A DNA stretch of 64,000 nucleotides from NCBI GenBank assembly GCA_946554525.1, contig CAMNSE010000004.1, positions 8,177-72,176 on the forward strand, in the 5' to 3' direction. The notes under the pieces were generated by a model. The model was not told the origin of the DNA. It saw nothing but the letters and a program-made list of their open reading frames with translations, and ran no database searches. Made by a program: the position numbers and the translations under genes. Shown piece after piece: positions 1-9,868 of the stretch. The first letter of the stretch is position 1. Each line of letters begins with the position of its first letter. Origin of the DNA: an uncultured Mycoplasma sp. GTDB lineage: Bacteria > Bacillota_I > Bacilli_A > RF39 > UBA660.

Positions 1-639
1 AATCGATTCAACGATACAACCATTATCACTTTTAACTACACTAGTAGCTGTTGGTTCAAATAAATTCACATAATCTCCAATTCCTCCAATGAAAGAACCT
101 GATAGGCTTGCAAAATCAATACTGTAATTCAAATTCATTTTACTTGTGTCCATTCCAGCATTTTTCATGGCATTAAGGAAATTTAGGGCTGGCATTCCAC
201 CTTGTCTACCAACTAATATTTCACTTCCATATAAATTTTCTAATTTAAAATCTTTGTTGCAGTCACGTCCAATAATAAATTGGCCATCTCTTTTAGTTAA
301 ACCCGCAAAAGTTACTAGATAATCTTCTTCGTTTCCTTCATAAATATAGATTGCTGATTCGGTTCCGGCAAAACCAATATCTACTGTGTTTGATAATACA
401 GCAGCACTTACTTTGTCTGCTCCGGGAGTTAATATTACTTCTAGGTCAATTCCAGCATCTTTAAAATATCCTTTTTCAATTGATACATATAAGGGAGCAT
501 AAAACACACTATGTGTTACTTCAGCAAGTTTAATCTTTGTTGTCTCAATATTCTCTTTTTTACCTACTTTAAAGCAAGTTGCAATTACTATAAGTAGTAC
601 AATAAGAGTAATCATAAATGTAATAATTTTCTTTTTCAA
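1..639 (-). CDS. ABC-transporter substrate-binding protein, NitT/TauT (NMT1/ThiY/SsuA-like) family; the 3' end lies outside the window
   Basis: Absent from the ORF track because it runs off the window edge. Reverse-strand reading from TTG 639 has AGGAGG 9 nt upstream and an in-frame ATG at 615. It gives MKKKIITFMITLIVLLIVIATCFKVGKKENIETTKIKLAEVTHSVFYAPLYVSIEKGYFKDAGIDLEVILTPGADK... This is a signal/lipobox-like N-terminus followed by a motif I recognise from this binding-protein family. Confidence 0.6.
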   Translation of the reverse strand, partial: MKKKIITFMITLIVLLIVIATCFKVGKKENIETTKIKLAEVTHSVFYAPLYVSIEKGYFKDAGIDLEVILTPGADKVSAAVLSNTVDIGFAGTESAIYIYEGNEEDYLVTFAGLTKRDGQFIIGRDCNKDFKLENLYGSEILVGRQGGMPALNFLNAMKNAGMDTSKMNLNYSIDFASLSGSFIGGIGDYVNLFEPTATSVVKSDNGCIVESI

Positions 640-780
640 AAATATCTTCCTCCTTAAAATATTACAATGTATTATATTCTGGTTGGTGTTTTTTGGTGTT
701 TTTTAAAGAAATATGTTTTTTATTATTTACATTTTCCAAGTCGTTTGTTATAATACTTTATAGAATAAGGAGTGTTGGTT

Positions 781-1920
781 ATGCATACATCAAGTTTAGA
801 GGTAACAAAGCTTCTAGATAAGTTATATAATCTACGTGGTAGTGATAGTGTGGTATTTAAAGAAATGGAAAGTGCTCATAATGAGGCAGAAACAACAAAA
901 GATAGAACAACTAAAGAAAAGAGTGCTTTGCAAGAAAAAATCGCTGGTTTAGAGGAAGAAAGCAAAAACTTAAGTGAACAAGGCAAAAAATTAATTGAAG
1001 TACTAAGTAATATTGATAAGAGTTCATTTGAAACTGTAATTGAAAGATTAAATATTAATTTTGATCCAGAAGCTTTAACAGAAAAACTAAATGATTCTTT
1101 ACCAAATACTATTGAATCAGTTAATGAAGAAATTAAAAGTAGTAAAGAAGAACTAGTTTCAGTTGAAGAAGAAATGAATAGTGCAATTACAACGATTGAA
1201 GAAATTGGCATTCGTAAAGATGCTGCTATAGCTAATCAAGAGAAATTAAATGAATACTTTGATTTAGCTTTAGCTGGAAATATTAATATTACGAGAGATT
1301 CTATTACTAATTTACTTGAACAATTTAATTTCACAGAAGAAGAAACAAGAGAAGCAGCAAAGATTTTAATGTTCCCAGAAGATGCATTATTTGAATATGA
1401 TGCAAAAATGAAAGAACAAGAAAAGAAATCAATTAGTGAAGTCATGAAGGAAGCTAAAGATCATGAAGATACAGCAGCTCTTTATCCGGAAGAGGTAGTA
1501 ATTGAGGATAATGTTAATGATGTTGCTACTGAAGATAATAATCATGAACAAAAAGTATTTGCTCGTGAAGACTTAATGGATTTATTTAGTGAAATTGGCC
1601 TTGATTACTTAGACTATACCACAAGCGATTTAGATGAAGTATTAGAACATTTTAATGAAAAAGTGATTCGCAGAAATGTATCAATATTTAAAAATAACGA
1701 TTTAAGTTTAGATATTTTTGTAGATCATATTGGACTTTTATATGATAAAGAATTTGAAGCAAAAGTTGATCGTTTAATTCGAATTGGAAAGAGTCCATTA
1801 GATATTTATTTAAATCCTACTGTTTTAACAAAATATGATTATAAAGGTTTAGATAAAGCAATTATTCTTTTACAAAATAGTGGCTTAGATCCAAAAAAAG
1901 TTCCATTAATGGCATATTAG
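781..1920 (+). CDS. hypothetical protein with a coiled-coil N-terminal half and a helical-repeat C-terminal half
   Basis: Long ORF. The track starts at GTG 772, but ATG 781 sits 8 nt after AAGGAG (767-772). An extended -10 TGTTATAAT lies at 746-754. The product is rich in heptad-like E/K/L sequence. I recognise no family. Confidence 0.6.
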   Translation: MHTSSLEVTKLLDKLYNLRGSDSVVFKEMESAHNEAETTKDRTTKEKSALQEKIAGLEEESKNLSEQGKKLIEVLSNIDKSSFETVIERLNINFDPEALTEKLNDSLPNTIESVNEEIKSSKEELVSVEEEMNSAITTIEEIGIRKDAAIANQEKLNEYFDLALAGNINITRDSITNLLEQFNFTEEETREAAKILMFPEDALFEYDAKMKEQEKKSISEVMKEAKDHEDTAALYPEEVVIEDNVNDVATEDNNHEQKVFAREDLMDLFSEIGLDYLDYTTSDLDEVLEHFNEKVIRRNVSIFKNNDLSLDIFVDHIGLLYDKEFEAKVDRLIRIGKSPLDIYLNPTVLTKYDYKGLDKAIILLQNSGLDPKKVPLMAY

Positions 1921-1931
1921 GAGGGTAAAAT

Positions 1932-2750
1932 ATGGAAAAAAGAAATTTAGAAATTTTTAATCAAGTATCACAAGGATTAGCTGAGGGAGTAGATCGTAAT
2001 AAAGCTTTTGCACTTGCAGGGCTTATGAGTGAAACATCAATTGATGTAGAAAAAGTATTTCAAGAACATGGTTATGATTTAAGTAATTTTCCACTTAAGT
2101 TCTTAAAAATGTATGCAGTAAATGAGAAAGAACTTGGAGAACTAATTGAAGTATTAAAAGAATATACAGCATTAGGTTTAAAAGAAACAGCAAATGCATC
2201 TTTAGAGCCTGCTACATTTAAATTAGCATTCTTGGGCCGCGTTAAATTTTGTATTGATAATAATATTAATTATAGAGATGAAGAAGGAAAATTTGCATCA
2301 TGGCTTTTTAATGCTGAAGCCTTCGGTAGAGAAACTGCTGGGAAAGTAAAAATAGAAGATGTAAAGACAGTTAGTGAATTAATGGCAGAAGGAAAAGAAG
2401 TTATTTTAAAAGAAGAAGCAAAAGATAGATTAGCTTATTTAGATGATGAATCTAGACAAATTTATCAAACTATTAATTACGCTTTAAGTAGCCTAAATTT
2501 TAGTACTCCTGGGGATGATACTTTAAATAGGGTTGTATCTAATTTGTTAGATCTAAGAAGTGAAAATGCCAAAAATCTAATTAATGCCTTAGTTAGAAAA
2601 GAATATACTTTTGGTAAAAGTATAAGTGAAATTATAACTGATTATGCGTTTAATGGTTTAGAAATTCCTGGTTCTGAACAAGCAAGAGTTGCAAGCATGA
2701 TTACAGAAGCAATGGAAATGGAAGAAGAAAAGGTTGTCGGTGGAAGATGA
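1932..2750 (+). CDS. hypothetical protein
   Basis: ORF with a GGAGGG RBS immediately upstream, 11 nt after the stop of the previous gene. It overlaps the next ORF by 4 nt (ATGA), so it is probably in the same operon. Confidence 0.55.
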   Translation: MEKRNLEIFNQVSQGLAEGVDRNKAFALAGLMSETSIDVEKVFQEHGYDLSNFPLKFLKMYAVNEKELGELIEVLKEYTALGLKETANASLEPATFKLAFLGRVKFCIDNNINYRDEEGKFASWLFNAEAFGRETAGKVKIEDVKTVSELMAEGKEVILKEEAKDRLAYLDDESRQIYQTINYALSSLNFSTPGDDTLNRVVSNLLDLRSENAKNLINALVRKEYTFGKSISEIITDYAFNGLEIPGSEQARVASMITEAMEMEEEKVVGGR

Positions 2751-3034
2751 AGTTTTTAGAAAAGTTTGGTTTTAAAAAAGAAGATATTACAAGCTTGAAA
2801 GAGAATTCAACTAGTTCAGTAATTAAAGAACTAGAGGCACACAAAAAGTTAGTTACACAAAATCTAGAATTCTTGACTGGAATTGGTGTTACAAATTTAA
2901 CAGAAGTATTCGTTAACTATCATGATATGTTTTTAATGGATAATAGTAATTTTAAAGAAATTTTCAATAAATATGATCAACAAGATTTAGTTGAAAAACT
3001 TGCAAAAGATGTTCAAATTATGGAATATTTATAA
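2747..3034 (+). CDS. hypothetical small helical-repeat protein
   Basis: Translationally coupled to the previous gene through an ATGA overlap. It carries two copies of a motif of the form FL-x-GF/GV-x-x-x-I/L, for example FLEKFGFKKEDI and FLTGIGVTNLTEV. Confidence 0.5.
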   Translation: MKFLEKFGFKKEDITSLKENSTSSVIKELEAHKKLVTQNLEFLTGIGVTNLTEVFVNYHDMFLMDNSNFKEIFNKYDQQDLVEKLAKDVQIMEYL

Positions 3035-3091
3035 TTTGAAGTTTTTCTTTTTATAAAAGTATGCTAAAATAATAATTAATAGGAGGATATT

Positions 3092-3496
3092 ATGGCTCTA
3101 GGAAAGTTAAAAAATTTATTTAAAGATGATGAAGAAGAAGTTTTAGTAGGAACAGAAGATGAATTTTATAGTGTAAGCGAGGAAGATGCTTTAAAAGAAG
3201 CGGATAAGACTGGAAATAAAATGGTTCTTTTAGAACCACGAGCTTATTCTGAATCACAACAAATTGCCGATCACTTAAAATCAAGAAATAGTGTAGTAGT
3301 TAATTTAAAACGTGTTACATCTGATCAAGCCAAAAGAATTATTGACTTCTTAAGCGGATGTATTTATGCAATTGGTGGAACAATGCAAAAAATTGGAGTT
3401 GGAATTTATTTATGTACTCCAAAGAATGTTAATGTTCAAGGTAAAATAACAGATGAGGTAGAAAAAAATAAAGCTGAATCTGAAGAAGAATGGTAA
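3092..3496 (+). CDS. sepF: cell division protein SepF
   Basis: Translation contains LLEPRAYSESQQIADHLKSRNSVVVNLKRVTSDQAKRIIDFLSGCIYAIGGTMQKIGVGIYLCTP. This is nearly colinear with the B. subtilis SepF core as I remember it. AGGAGG RBS present. Confidence 0.9.
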   Translation: MALGKLKNLFKDDEEEVLVGTEDEFYSVSEEDALKEADKTGNKMVLLEPRAYSESQQIADHLKSRNSVVVNLKRVTSDQAKRIIDFLSGCIYAIGGTMQKIGVGIYLCTPKNVNVQGKITDEVEKNKAESEEEW

Positions 3497-3537
3497 AAAA
3501 GTATAAAAAATAATAAAGTGGTCGAGGTGATGCAATC

Positions 3538-3963
3538 TTGAGAAAATTTAGTACAAGTTTTAATGGTTACAGCAAAATAGAAGTAAATAGCTTTGTTAGT
3601 GAAGTAACACATGAATATGAAGCAATGCTTTCTAAGCTAAAAAGTCAAGATAGTGAAATAAACAATTTAAAACAAGAACTTGAAAAATATAAAAATATGG
3701 AAAATACATTAAATCGTGCTATTATGGTTGCAGAAGATGCTTCGACTCAAATAAAAAAAGTAGCAAGAGATGAAGCAAAAGGTTTTATAGATGATGCAAG
3801 ACGGAATGCTTCAAGAATTGTAAATGATGCTTTATTAAAAGCAAATAAAATTGAACAAGATGCTGAAATTTTAAAAAGAAGAGTAAGCGTATTTAAAAGA
3901 CGTTTGCAAAATGTTGTAGATGAGCAAATTGAATTTATCGAAAGCATTGATGAAAATTATTAA
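3538..3963 (+). CDS. divIVA: DivIVA-domain cell division/polarity protein
   Basis: TTG start after GAGGTGA. The N-terminus F-x-x-x-F-NGYSKIEVNSFV followed by coiled coil is the DivIVA signature. It lies directly after sepF, as in Firmicutes dcw-distal clusters. Confidence 0.8.
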   Translation: MRKFSTSFNGYSKIEVNSFVSEVTHEYEAMLSKLKSQDSEINNLKQELEKYKNMENTLNRAIMVAEDASTQIKKVARDEAKGFIDDARRNASRIVNDALLKANKIEQDAEILKRRVSVFKRRLQNVVDEQIEFIESIDENY

Positions 3964-4040
3964 TACAGTATAATCTGTATTTTTTAATGACAAAAAAATA
4001 TTTTTAGTTTATAATGTTAATGAAGTATTGGGTGATGTGT

Positions 4041-4274
4041 ATGTATAATTTTGATGATTTAAATGAAAGAATTAAACATTCTGAGGAAAGTATCCTTGAT
4101 TTTGAATATTTAATGGAACATCCACAGGCAAGATTTGCAATTTGGCAGCGTTATGAAAATGATCCTGTTTTTCAAGGAAAGTTAGATCATATTATGGATA
4201 TAGATAGTATCTTTAAAACAAATTTTAGAACATGCTTTAGCGAATATTTGCCAAAAGAACAAGGTGGCCGATAA
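4041..4274 (+). CDS. hypothetical small protein
   Basis: The ORF track starts at 4014, but that ATG overlaps a TATAAT at 4009-4014. ATG 4041 follows GGGTGA. The gene ends inside a terminator hairpin. Confidence 0.4.
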   Translation: MYNFDDLNERIKHSEESILDFEYLMEHPQARFAIWQRYENDPVFQGKLDHIMDIDSIFKTNFRTCFSEYLPKEQGGR

Positions 4275-4290
4275 TTCGGCTTTTTTTCTT
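4267..4290 (+). terminator. rho-independent terminator
   Basis: Stem-loop GCCGA-TAAT-TCGGC followed by a T7 run. Confidence 0.6.
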
Positions 4291-4334
4291 TTCTTAAAGT
4301 ATATTTTAGTGTATAATTAATTTAGGTGATGCAT

Positions 4335-6908
4335 ATGAAAAGAGTAATTTTAGTAGATGGAAATAACTTAATGTTTCGTAGTTATTTTGCAACAGCCTAT
4401 TCAGGAAATATTATGCGAAATTCTAAAGGATTTCCAACTAATGCCTTATATGGTTTTGTTAGTATGATGAATAAGATAATTAATGAAGAACATCCCGAAT
4501 ATATTGCTGTAGCGTTTGATATTGGCAAAAATTTTCGTAAACAAAAATATGATTTCTATAAAGAAGGAAGACATGAAACACCAGAAGATTTAAAAAAGCA
4601 AATGCCTATTGCTCGTAAAATATTAGAAGCTATGGGCATAAAATATTTAGAACTAGAGCCATATGAAGCAGATGACATTATAGGTACTTTAGCAAAATGG
4701 GCGGATGAAAATCCAGAATATGATGCTACTATTATTTCGAGTGACCGTGATCTATTACAATTAATTAGTCCAGTTGTAGACGTTAAGCTTTTAAAACAAA
4801 AAGATTATATTAAGTATAATCCTGAAACATTTAAAGAAGACTGGGGAATTGAACCCATTAAAATTATTGATTTAAAAGCCTTAGCGGGTGATGCGTCTGA
4901 CAATATTCCTGGAGTAAGAGGAATTGGGGATAAAACGGCTTTAAAATTACTACAAGAATATGGTTCTTTAGAAAAAATCTACGAAAATATTGATTCTATC
5001 AAAGGTAAAACAAAAGAAAAATTAGAAATTGACCGTGAAAATGCTTTCATGAGTAAAGAAATAGCTACCATTTTTATAGAAGTGCCATTATCTATAAGTT
5101 TTGAAGACATTCACTATGATGGTATAAATGAAGATGCACTCATAAGCATCTATGAAGATTTAGAATTTTATTCTTTATTAAAAAACTTTGGTCAAAAAAA
5201 TATTGTAAAAGATAGTATTGATTATAAAGAAATAAATGATATAAATGATCTTAAATTAGATAACGAAGTAAGTGTTTTTGTAGAATTTAGCGAAGAAAAT
5301 TATCATAAAGCAAGTATTTTAGGAATTGGAGTTAGCGATAAAGAAAATAATTACTTTATAGCTCCTAAATATTTTAAAGAAGTTATTTCTATTTTAAAAG
5401 ATAAAACAGTTTACACATATCATGGAAAAGCTTTAATTTCTGTACTTAAGAGGGAAGGCTTAGAATTAAATATAAATTATGATTTAATTATTGCTTCTTA
5501 CTTAGTTGATTCTTTTACTAAAGATGATATCGCCTTTTTAATGCATCCTAAAAATATTAATGTAGATTTTTATGAAGAAGCAAAGAAAAATGGCTTTAAT
5601 GATAAGGACAAATTGAAAAAGGATATTGTTTTAAAATCAAGGTTTATTTTTGATACTCGTGATGATTATATTAAAAGATTAAAAATGGAAGAGATGTATG
5701 ATTTATTTTCTAATATTGAAATGCCTTTAATTTCAGTTTTAGCTGATATGGAATATGTTGGTGTAAAAATTGATTCTGATGTTTTAGATGAAATAAAAGA
5801 AGAAGCTATAGTTAAATTAGATATTTTATCAAAAGAAATTTATAATATGGCTGGATGCGAATTTAACATTGCAAGCCCAAAGCAATTAGGGGAAGTATTG
5901 TTTGGCAGGCTTGGAATTGCAGAAGGCAAAAAAACCCAAAAGGGATATAAAACAGATGCTAGTACATTACAAAAATTAAGAGATAGACATCCAATTGTGA
6001 GTAAAATTTTAGAATATCGTAATTTTAGTAAAATATTATCTACTTATACTGTGAGCTTGGAGAATGCTAAATTTCCCGATGGGAAAATTCATACTATTTT
6101 TAAGCAGACTTTAACTAGAACAGGAAGACTTTCTAGTGTAGAGCCTAATTTACAAAATATTCCTATTCGTGGAGAGGAAGGTAGAAAAGTAAGACGTGCT
6201 TTTTTACCTAGCAATGATTTATTTTTAAGCATAGATTATTCGCAAATAGAATTACGAATCCTTGCTCATATATCAGGTTCTGAAGAACTAATTGAAGCCT
6301 TTAATAACAATCAAGATATACACACCAAAGTAGCTGCAGATATTTATGGGGTAGATGAGGCAGATGTTACAAAATTAATGCGTAGTACTGCTAAAGCTGT
6401 AATATTTGGAATTGTATATGGTATAAGTGGATTTGGATTAGGTGAAAATTTAAATATTAATCCAAAAGAAGCGTCACAATTCATTAAAAAATATTATGAA
6501 TTATATCCTGGAGTAAAAAATTATATGGATAATATTGTGAAAGAAGCTAAGACATATGGAAGTGTAAGAACGCTTTTTAATCGTAAAAGGACAATTGAAG
6601 AATTATCCAATCAAAATTATATGGTAAGAAGTAGTGGCGAGAGAATCGCTCTTAATACGCCAATTCAAGGAACTAGTGCTGATATTATTAAAAAAGCAAT
6701 GGTATTAGTTTTTGAAGAATTTAAACGTCAAAATATTAAAAGTAAAATAGTATTACAAATACATGATGAACTCGTTATTGATACATTAAGTGATGAAGAA
6801 GAAATAGTAACAAAAATTGTTAAAGATGTAATGGAAAATGTAATAAAACTTTCAGTACCGCTTAGAGTTGGTATTGCAAAAGGAAAAGACCTTTATGAAG
6901 CAAAATAA
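4335..6908 (+). CDS. polA: DNA polymerase I
   Basis: The 5'-nuclease N-terminus (ILVDGNNLMFRSYFA), the polymerase motifs DYSQIELRILAH and QIHDELV, and the length all fit PolA. ATG 4335 is preferred over GTG 4326 because AGGTGA lies 5 nt upstream. Confidence 0.95.
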   Translation: MKRVILVDGNNLMFRSYFATAYSGNIMRNSKGFPTNALYGFVSMMNKIINEEHPEYIAVAFDIGKNFRKQKYDFYKEGRHETPEDLKKQMPIARKILEAMGIKYLELEPYEADDIIGTLAKWADENPEYDATIISSDRDLLQLISPVVDVKLLKQKDYIKYNPETFKEDWGIEPIKIIDLKALAGDASDNIPGVRGIGDKTALKLLQEYGSLEKIYENIDSIKGKTKEKLEIDRENAFMSKEIATIFIEVPLSISFEDIHYDGINEDALISIYEDLEFYSLLKNFGQKNIVKDSIDYKEINDINDLKLDNEVSVFVEFSEENYHKASILGIGVSDKENNYFIAPKYFKEVISILKDKTVYTYHGKALISVLKREGLELNINYDLIIASYLVDSFTKDDIAFLMHPKNINVDFYEEAKKNGFNDKDKLKKDIVLKSRFIFDTRDDYIKRLKMEEMYDLFSNIEMPLISVLADMEYVGVKIDSDVLDEIKEEAIVKLDILSKEIYNMAGCEFNIASPKQLGEVLFGRLGIAEGKKTQKGYKTDASTLQKLRDRHPIVSKILEYRNFSKILSTYTVSLENAKFPDGKIHTIFKQTLTRTGRLSSVEPNLQNIPIRGEEGRKVRRAFLPSNDLFLSIDYSQIELRILAHISGSEELIEAFNNNQDIHTKVAADIYGVDEADVTKLMRSTAKAVIFGIVYGISGFGLGENLNINPKEASQFIKKYYELYPGVKNYMDNIVKEAKTYGSVRTLFNRKRTIEELSNQNYMVRSSGERIALNTPIQGTSADIIKKAMVLVFEEFKRQNIKSKIVLQIHDELVIDTLSDEEEIVTKIVKDVMENVIKLSVPLRVGIAKGKDLYEAK

Positions 6909-6919
6909 AAGGAGGTATT

Positions 6920-7840
6920 ATGAATTTTGATGATATTATACAAAAGTGGAATTATAGTAAAGAATTTGGAGCATTTCTAAAAGAAATATATAAAGAATTT
7001 GTTTTACATTTTGGTGAAGATAAAGAGCCAATTATTTTTGAAGCTTTTAAAGATACAGAAATTGTATTATGCGATAATATATATGATTTATTGATTGAAA
7101 GAGGATTGCTAGAACAATCAGAAGGAATAGTTAAAGATGGAGATTATAGGCGAGCTAGTGGTGTTTATTCAGCAAATGAAGAGATTGCTTTTGATGAGGA
7201 AACAAAAACTTATAAAATAATAGGGATTAAAAGATTAGTAGGCCTTCGTGATTTTGATATTAATGTAGTTTCTTGTAAAGCAACAGCAGCTCATGAACTT
7301 GGACATATGATTAAAAATTACTTTGAAGGAGCTAAAATTATAGGAGATATACTTATTACTAGATTTGGTTTAATGGTATCAACTTATAAACTATCCTATG
7401 AAAATGGCAAAGTAAATAAAACATTAATAAAAGAAGAAGCAGTAGGATTAGAAGAAGGGTTAAATTCATTACTAGAAATGATAATAGTAAGAAAATTATA
7501 TGATGCAGATTATAAAGTTCGGGGATATGGGACAGTATGTGCAATGGCTAGTGTTTTATCTAACTTAGAAAGTATTAGAAATCTTATTTTAAATAGTCAA
7601 ATTTGTGATAACAGAGATTTTGCTAATGCTTTGGGTGATAATTATGAAAAAATAGCAAAATTACTTGATGAAGCTTATCTTCTTGATCTTAAGATGTATG
7701 CAGACATATTTGCATCTGATGAAGTTAAAAAAGAAAATACTAGAGAACATCAAAGAGTAATAGAGGAATTTAAAACAATAATAAGGCCTTTATATTATAA
7801 AGAAAGAGGTGAAATTAGTGCCAGAGATAGCAGAAGTTGA
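6920..7840 (+). CDS. hypothetical protein with an HExxH motif (putative zinc metallopeptidase)
   Basis: Has a GGAGG RBS. Contains AAHELGHMIKN. I recognise no other family feature. It overlaps the mutM start by about 23 nt. Confidence 0.45.
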   Translation: MNFDDIIQKWNYSKEFGAFLKEIYKEFVLHFGEDKEPIIFEAFKDTEIVLCDNIYDLLIERGLLEQSEGIVKDGDYRRASGVYSANEEIAFDEETKTYKIIGIKRLVGLRDFDINVVSCKATAAHELGHMIKNYFEGAKIIGDILITRFGLMVSTYKLSYENGKVNKTLIKEEAVGLEEGLNSLLEMIIVRKLYDADYKVRGYGTVCAMASVLSNLESIRNLILNSQICDNRDFANALGDNYEKIAKLLDEAYLLDLKMYADIFASDEVKKENTREHQRVIEEFKTIIRPLYYKERGEISARDSRS

Positions 7841-8636
7841 AACAGTTAGAAATACATTAAAAAAAAGAATTTTAAATAAAAAAATAGTAGATGTTAAAAT
7901 ATATTATGATAAAATGATTGAAAGTGATTTATCAACTTTTATTCCAGAGTTAATTGGTAAGTCTTTTATAGATATTAAAAGAAGAGGTAAATGGCTTATT
8001 TTTGAACTTGAAGATAGATACTTATTATCTCATCTTAGAATGGAAGGAAAATTTTATATTAAACCTAGTAATGAAGATAAAGGACGTCACGAACATGTCA
8101 CAATCTTTTTTAATGATAATACAAGTTTAAGATATGAAGATACACGTAAATTTGGAAGAATGAATTTAATTAAAAAAGAAGATCTAGAAATTACAGAGAG
8201 TATTAAAAAGCAAGGATTAGAGCCTGGAGATAAAAACTTAACTAGTGATTATTTATTAGAAAAATTTAAACATAAAAAACTACCAATTAAAACAGTATTA
8301 TTAGATCAAACAATAATAAGTGGACTTGGAAATATATATGCCAATGAGGTATTATTTGCTGCAAGGATTGATCCTTTAAAACAAGCTGGTTCTCTTAAAA
8401 AGGAGGAATGTGACCTTATTTGTAAATGTTCTCAAGAAATAATAAAAGAAGCTATTAAAATGGGTGGAACAACAATTAGAAGTTATACTTCAAGTTTAGG
8501 AGTTACAGGAAGATTTCAAGCAAATTTAATGGTTCATAAACGTGATAAAGAAGCTTGCTTAGTTTGCGGTAATACAATTCAAAATATAAAAGTTGGCGGA
8601 AGAAGTACCTACTATTGTTCTAACTGTCAGAAGTAA
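7818..8636 (+). CDS. mutM: formamidopyrimidine-DNA glycosylase (Fpg/MutM)
   Basis: Starting at GTG 7818 gives M-PEIAEVETV, which places the catalytic Pro at position 2. The track start at 7809 would bury that Pro. The C-terminus has the zinc finger CxxC...CxxC (CLVCG...YYCSNCQ). Confidence 0.9.
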   Translation: MPEIAEVETVRNTLKKRILNKKIVDVKIYYDKMIESDLSTFIPELIGKSFIDIKRRGKWLIFELEDRYLLSHLRMEGKFYIKPSNEDKGRHEHVTIFFNDNTSLRYEDTRKFGRMNLIKKEDLEITESIKKQGLEPGDKNLTSDYLLEKFKHKKLPIKTVLLDQTIISGLGNIYANEVLFAARIDPLKQAGSLKKEECDLICKCSQEIIKEAIKMGGTTIRSYTSSLGVTGRFQANLMVHKRDKEACLVCGNTIQNIKVGGRSTYYCSNCQK

Positions 8637-8719
8637 AAAAATTTAAAAATAGTAGGTTCATTTTGTCGGCGTCGACCAAATGATGACTTATGTAAAAATT
8701 CAAAAAACAAGTGGTGTAT

Positions 8720-8766
8720 AAAAAAGCAATAAGCTATTCGAAATAAATAGGCTTATTGCTTTTTTC
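8720..8766. terminator. hairpin terminator shared by convergent mutM and tmcAL
   Basis: Arms AGCAATAAGC (8725-8734) and GCTTATTGCT (8751-8760), with an A-run before and a T-run after. It overlaps the last codons of the minus-strand gene. Confidence 0.6.
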
Positions 8767-9846
8767 AAATTCTAATATTTTATTATTACTAATTAAACTA
8801 TATATTTTAGCAGCTAGCATTTCATATTTATAGGTTAATGTATTTGGGATAGGTAGTAGAGCTACATCTGCTTCTTTTAAGTTATGCAAGTAAGTTCTTC
8901 CTTTTTTATTAAATCCTAATATTCTAATGTAATCAGTATCCACAAGTTTATTTATTTCTTTTGGAACACCTATTAATATGTGAATAAGCATTCTGCTTAT
9001 TTTATTATAAGTATATCTTTTAGTTTTAACTAAAGAGATAAATTCTTCTACATTGCTAGCTTCCATAATTTTTTCTTTTAATCTATTTTCTATTCCTTCA
9101 TCTACAGTTAAATAACGACTTAAATCTGGATCTGTAATTATTTTATATTTAATAAATGGAAATAAATTATTTAAATTAATATTTTCAATTAATTTTAAAG
9201 TTTTTCTAGGAACATTTAAAGAAATGTCATCACCATTTTTTAGCTTATTTCTTATATTACTAGCGCTTATTATTTCACTTAGAGATTCAGTATCATGATA
9301 ACTATTAGTTCTTTTAATAGTGTGAGTCTCTATATCAAAATTATTTTTTCTAATTGCTTTAATATAAGAAATACCTAATAAATCATTAGGATTAAAAATA
9401 TCTTCAGTAATATTTAAAGCTTTAGCTAGAGCAGTAGGATAGTTAACGCCAGAGTCTAGAAGTTCTTTTACACGTTTATTATATTCTTTTTGTTCTTGGG
9501 CTTCCGCTATTTTTTTAAGTAAATTAATATCATTAGATTCACTGCCAAAAACAATATGTTTACATCCTAAGTGATTTAGTATTTTGATACTTGCTGATGC
9601 AAATATATCAGCACTTTGAGTTCCAAAAATAAATGAAAGTTCTACTACTAAATCAACACCATATATTAAAGCAAGCATTGTTTTATTTTCTTTTGATAAA
9701 ATACTAACTTCACCACGTTCTAGGAAATATCCATTTAATACTAAAATTATAATTGAGCCTGGAAACATTTTTTTAGTTTCTTCTAAATGATGTAAGTGTC
9801 CTTTGTGTAAAGGATTATACTCGCAAATAATTCCTACTGCATTCAT
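8734..9846 (-). CDS. tmcAL: tRNA(Met) cytidine acetate ligase (YlbM/TmcAL family nucleotidyltransferase)
   Basis: The N-terminus MNAVGIICEYNPLHKGHLHHL matches the YlbM/TmcAL HxGH nucleotidyltransferase signature. Size is about 370 aa. Confidence 0.75.
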   Translation of the reverse strand: MNAVGIICEYNPLHKGHLHHLEETKKMFPGSIIILVLNGYFLERGEVSILSKENKTMLALIYGVDLVVELSFIFGTQSADIFASASIKILNHLGCKHIVFGSESNDINLLKKIAEAQEQKEYNKRVKELLDSGVNYPTALAKALNITEDIFNPNDLLGISYIKAIRKNNFDIETHTIKRTNSYHDTESLSEIISASNIRNKLKNGDDISLNVPRKTLKLIENINLNNLFPFIKYKIITDPDLSRYLTVDEGIENRLKEKIMEASNVEEFISLVKTKRYTYNKISRMLIHILIGVPKEINKLVDTDYIRILGFNKKGRTYLHNLKEADVALLPIPNTLTYKYEMLAAKIYSLISNNKILEFEKSNKPIYFE

Positions 9847-9868
9847 AATATCACCAAATTAATTATAG

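Noticed and set aside
876-1445. Minus-strand ORFs at 876-1211 and 1236-1445.
   Set aside because: They are antisense to a coiled-coil gene rich in GAA and AAA. Their translations are Ser/Leu/Phe-rich and stop-free only because of sense codon bias.
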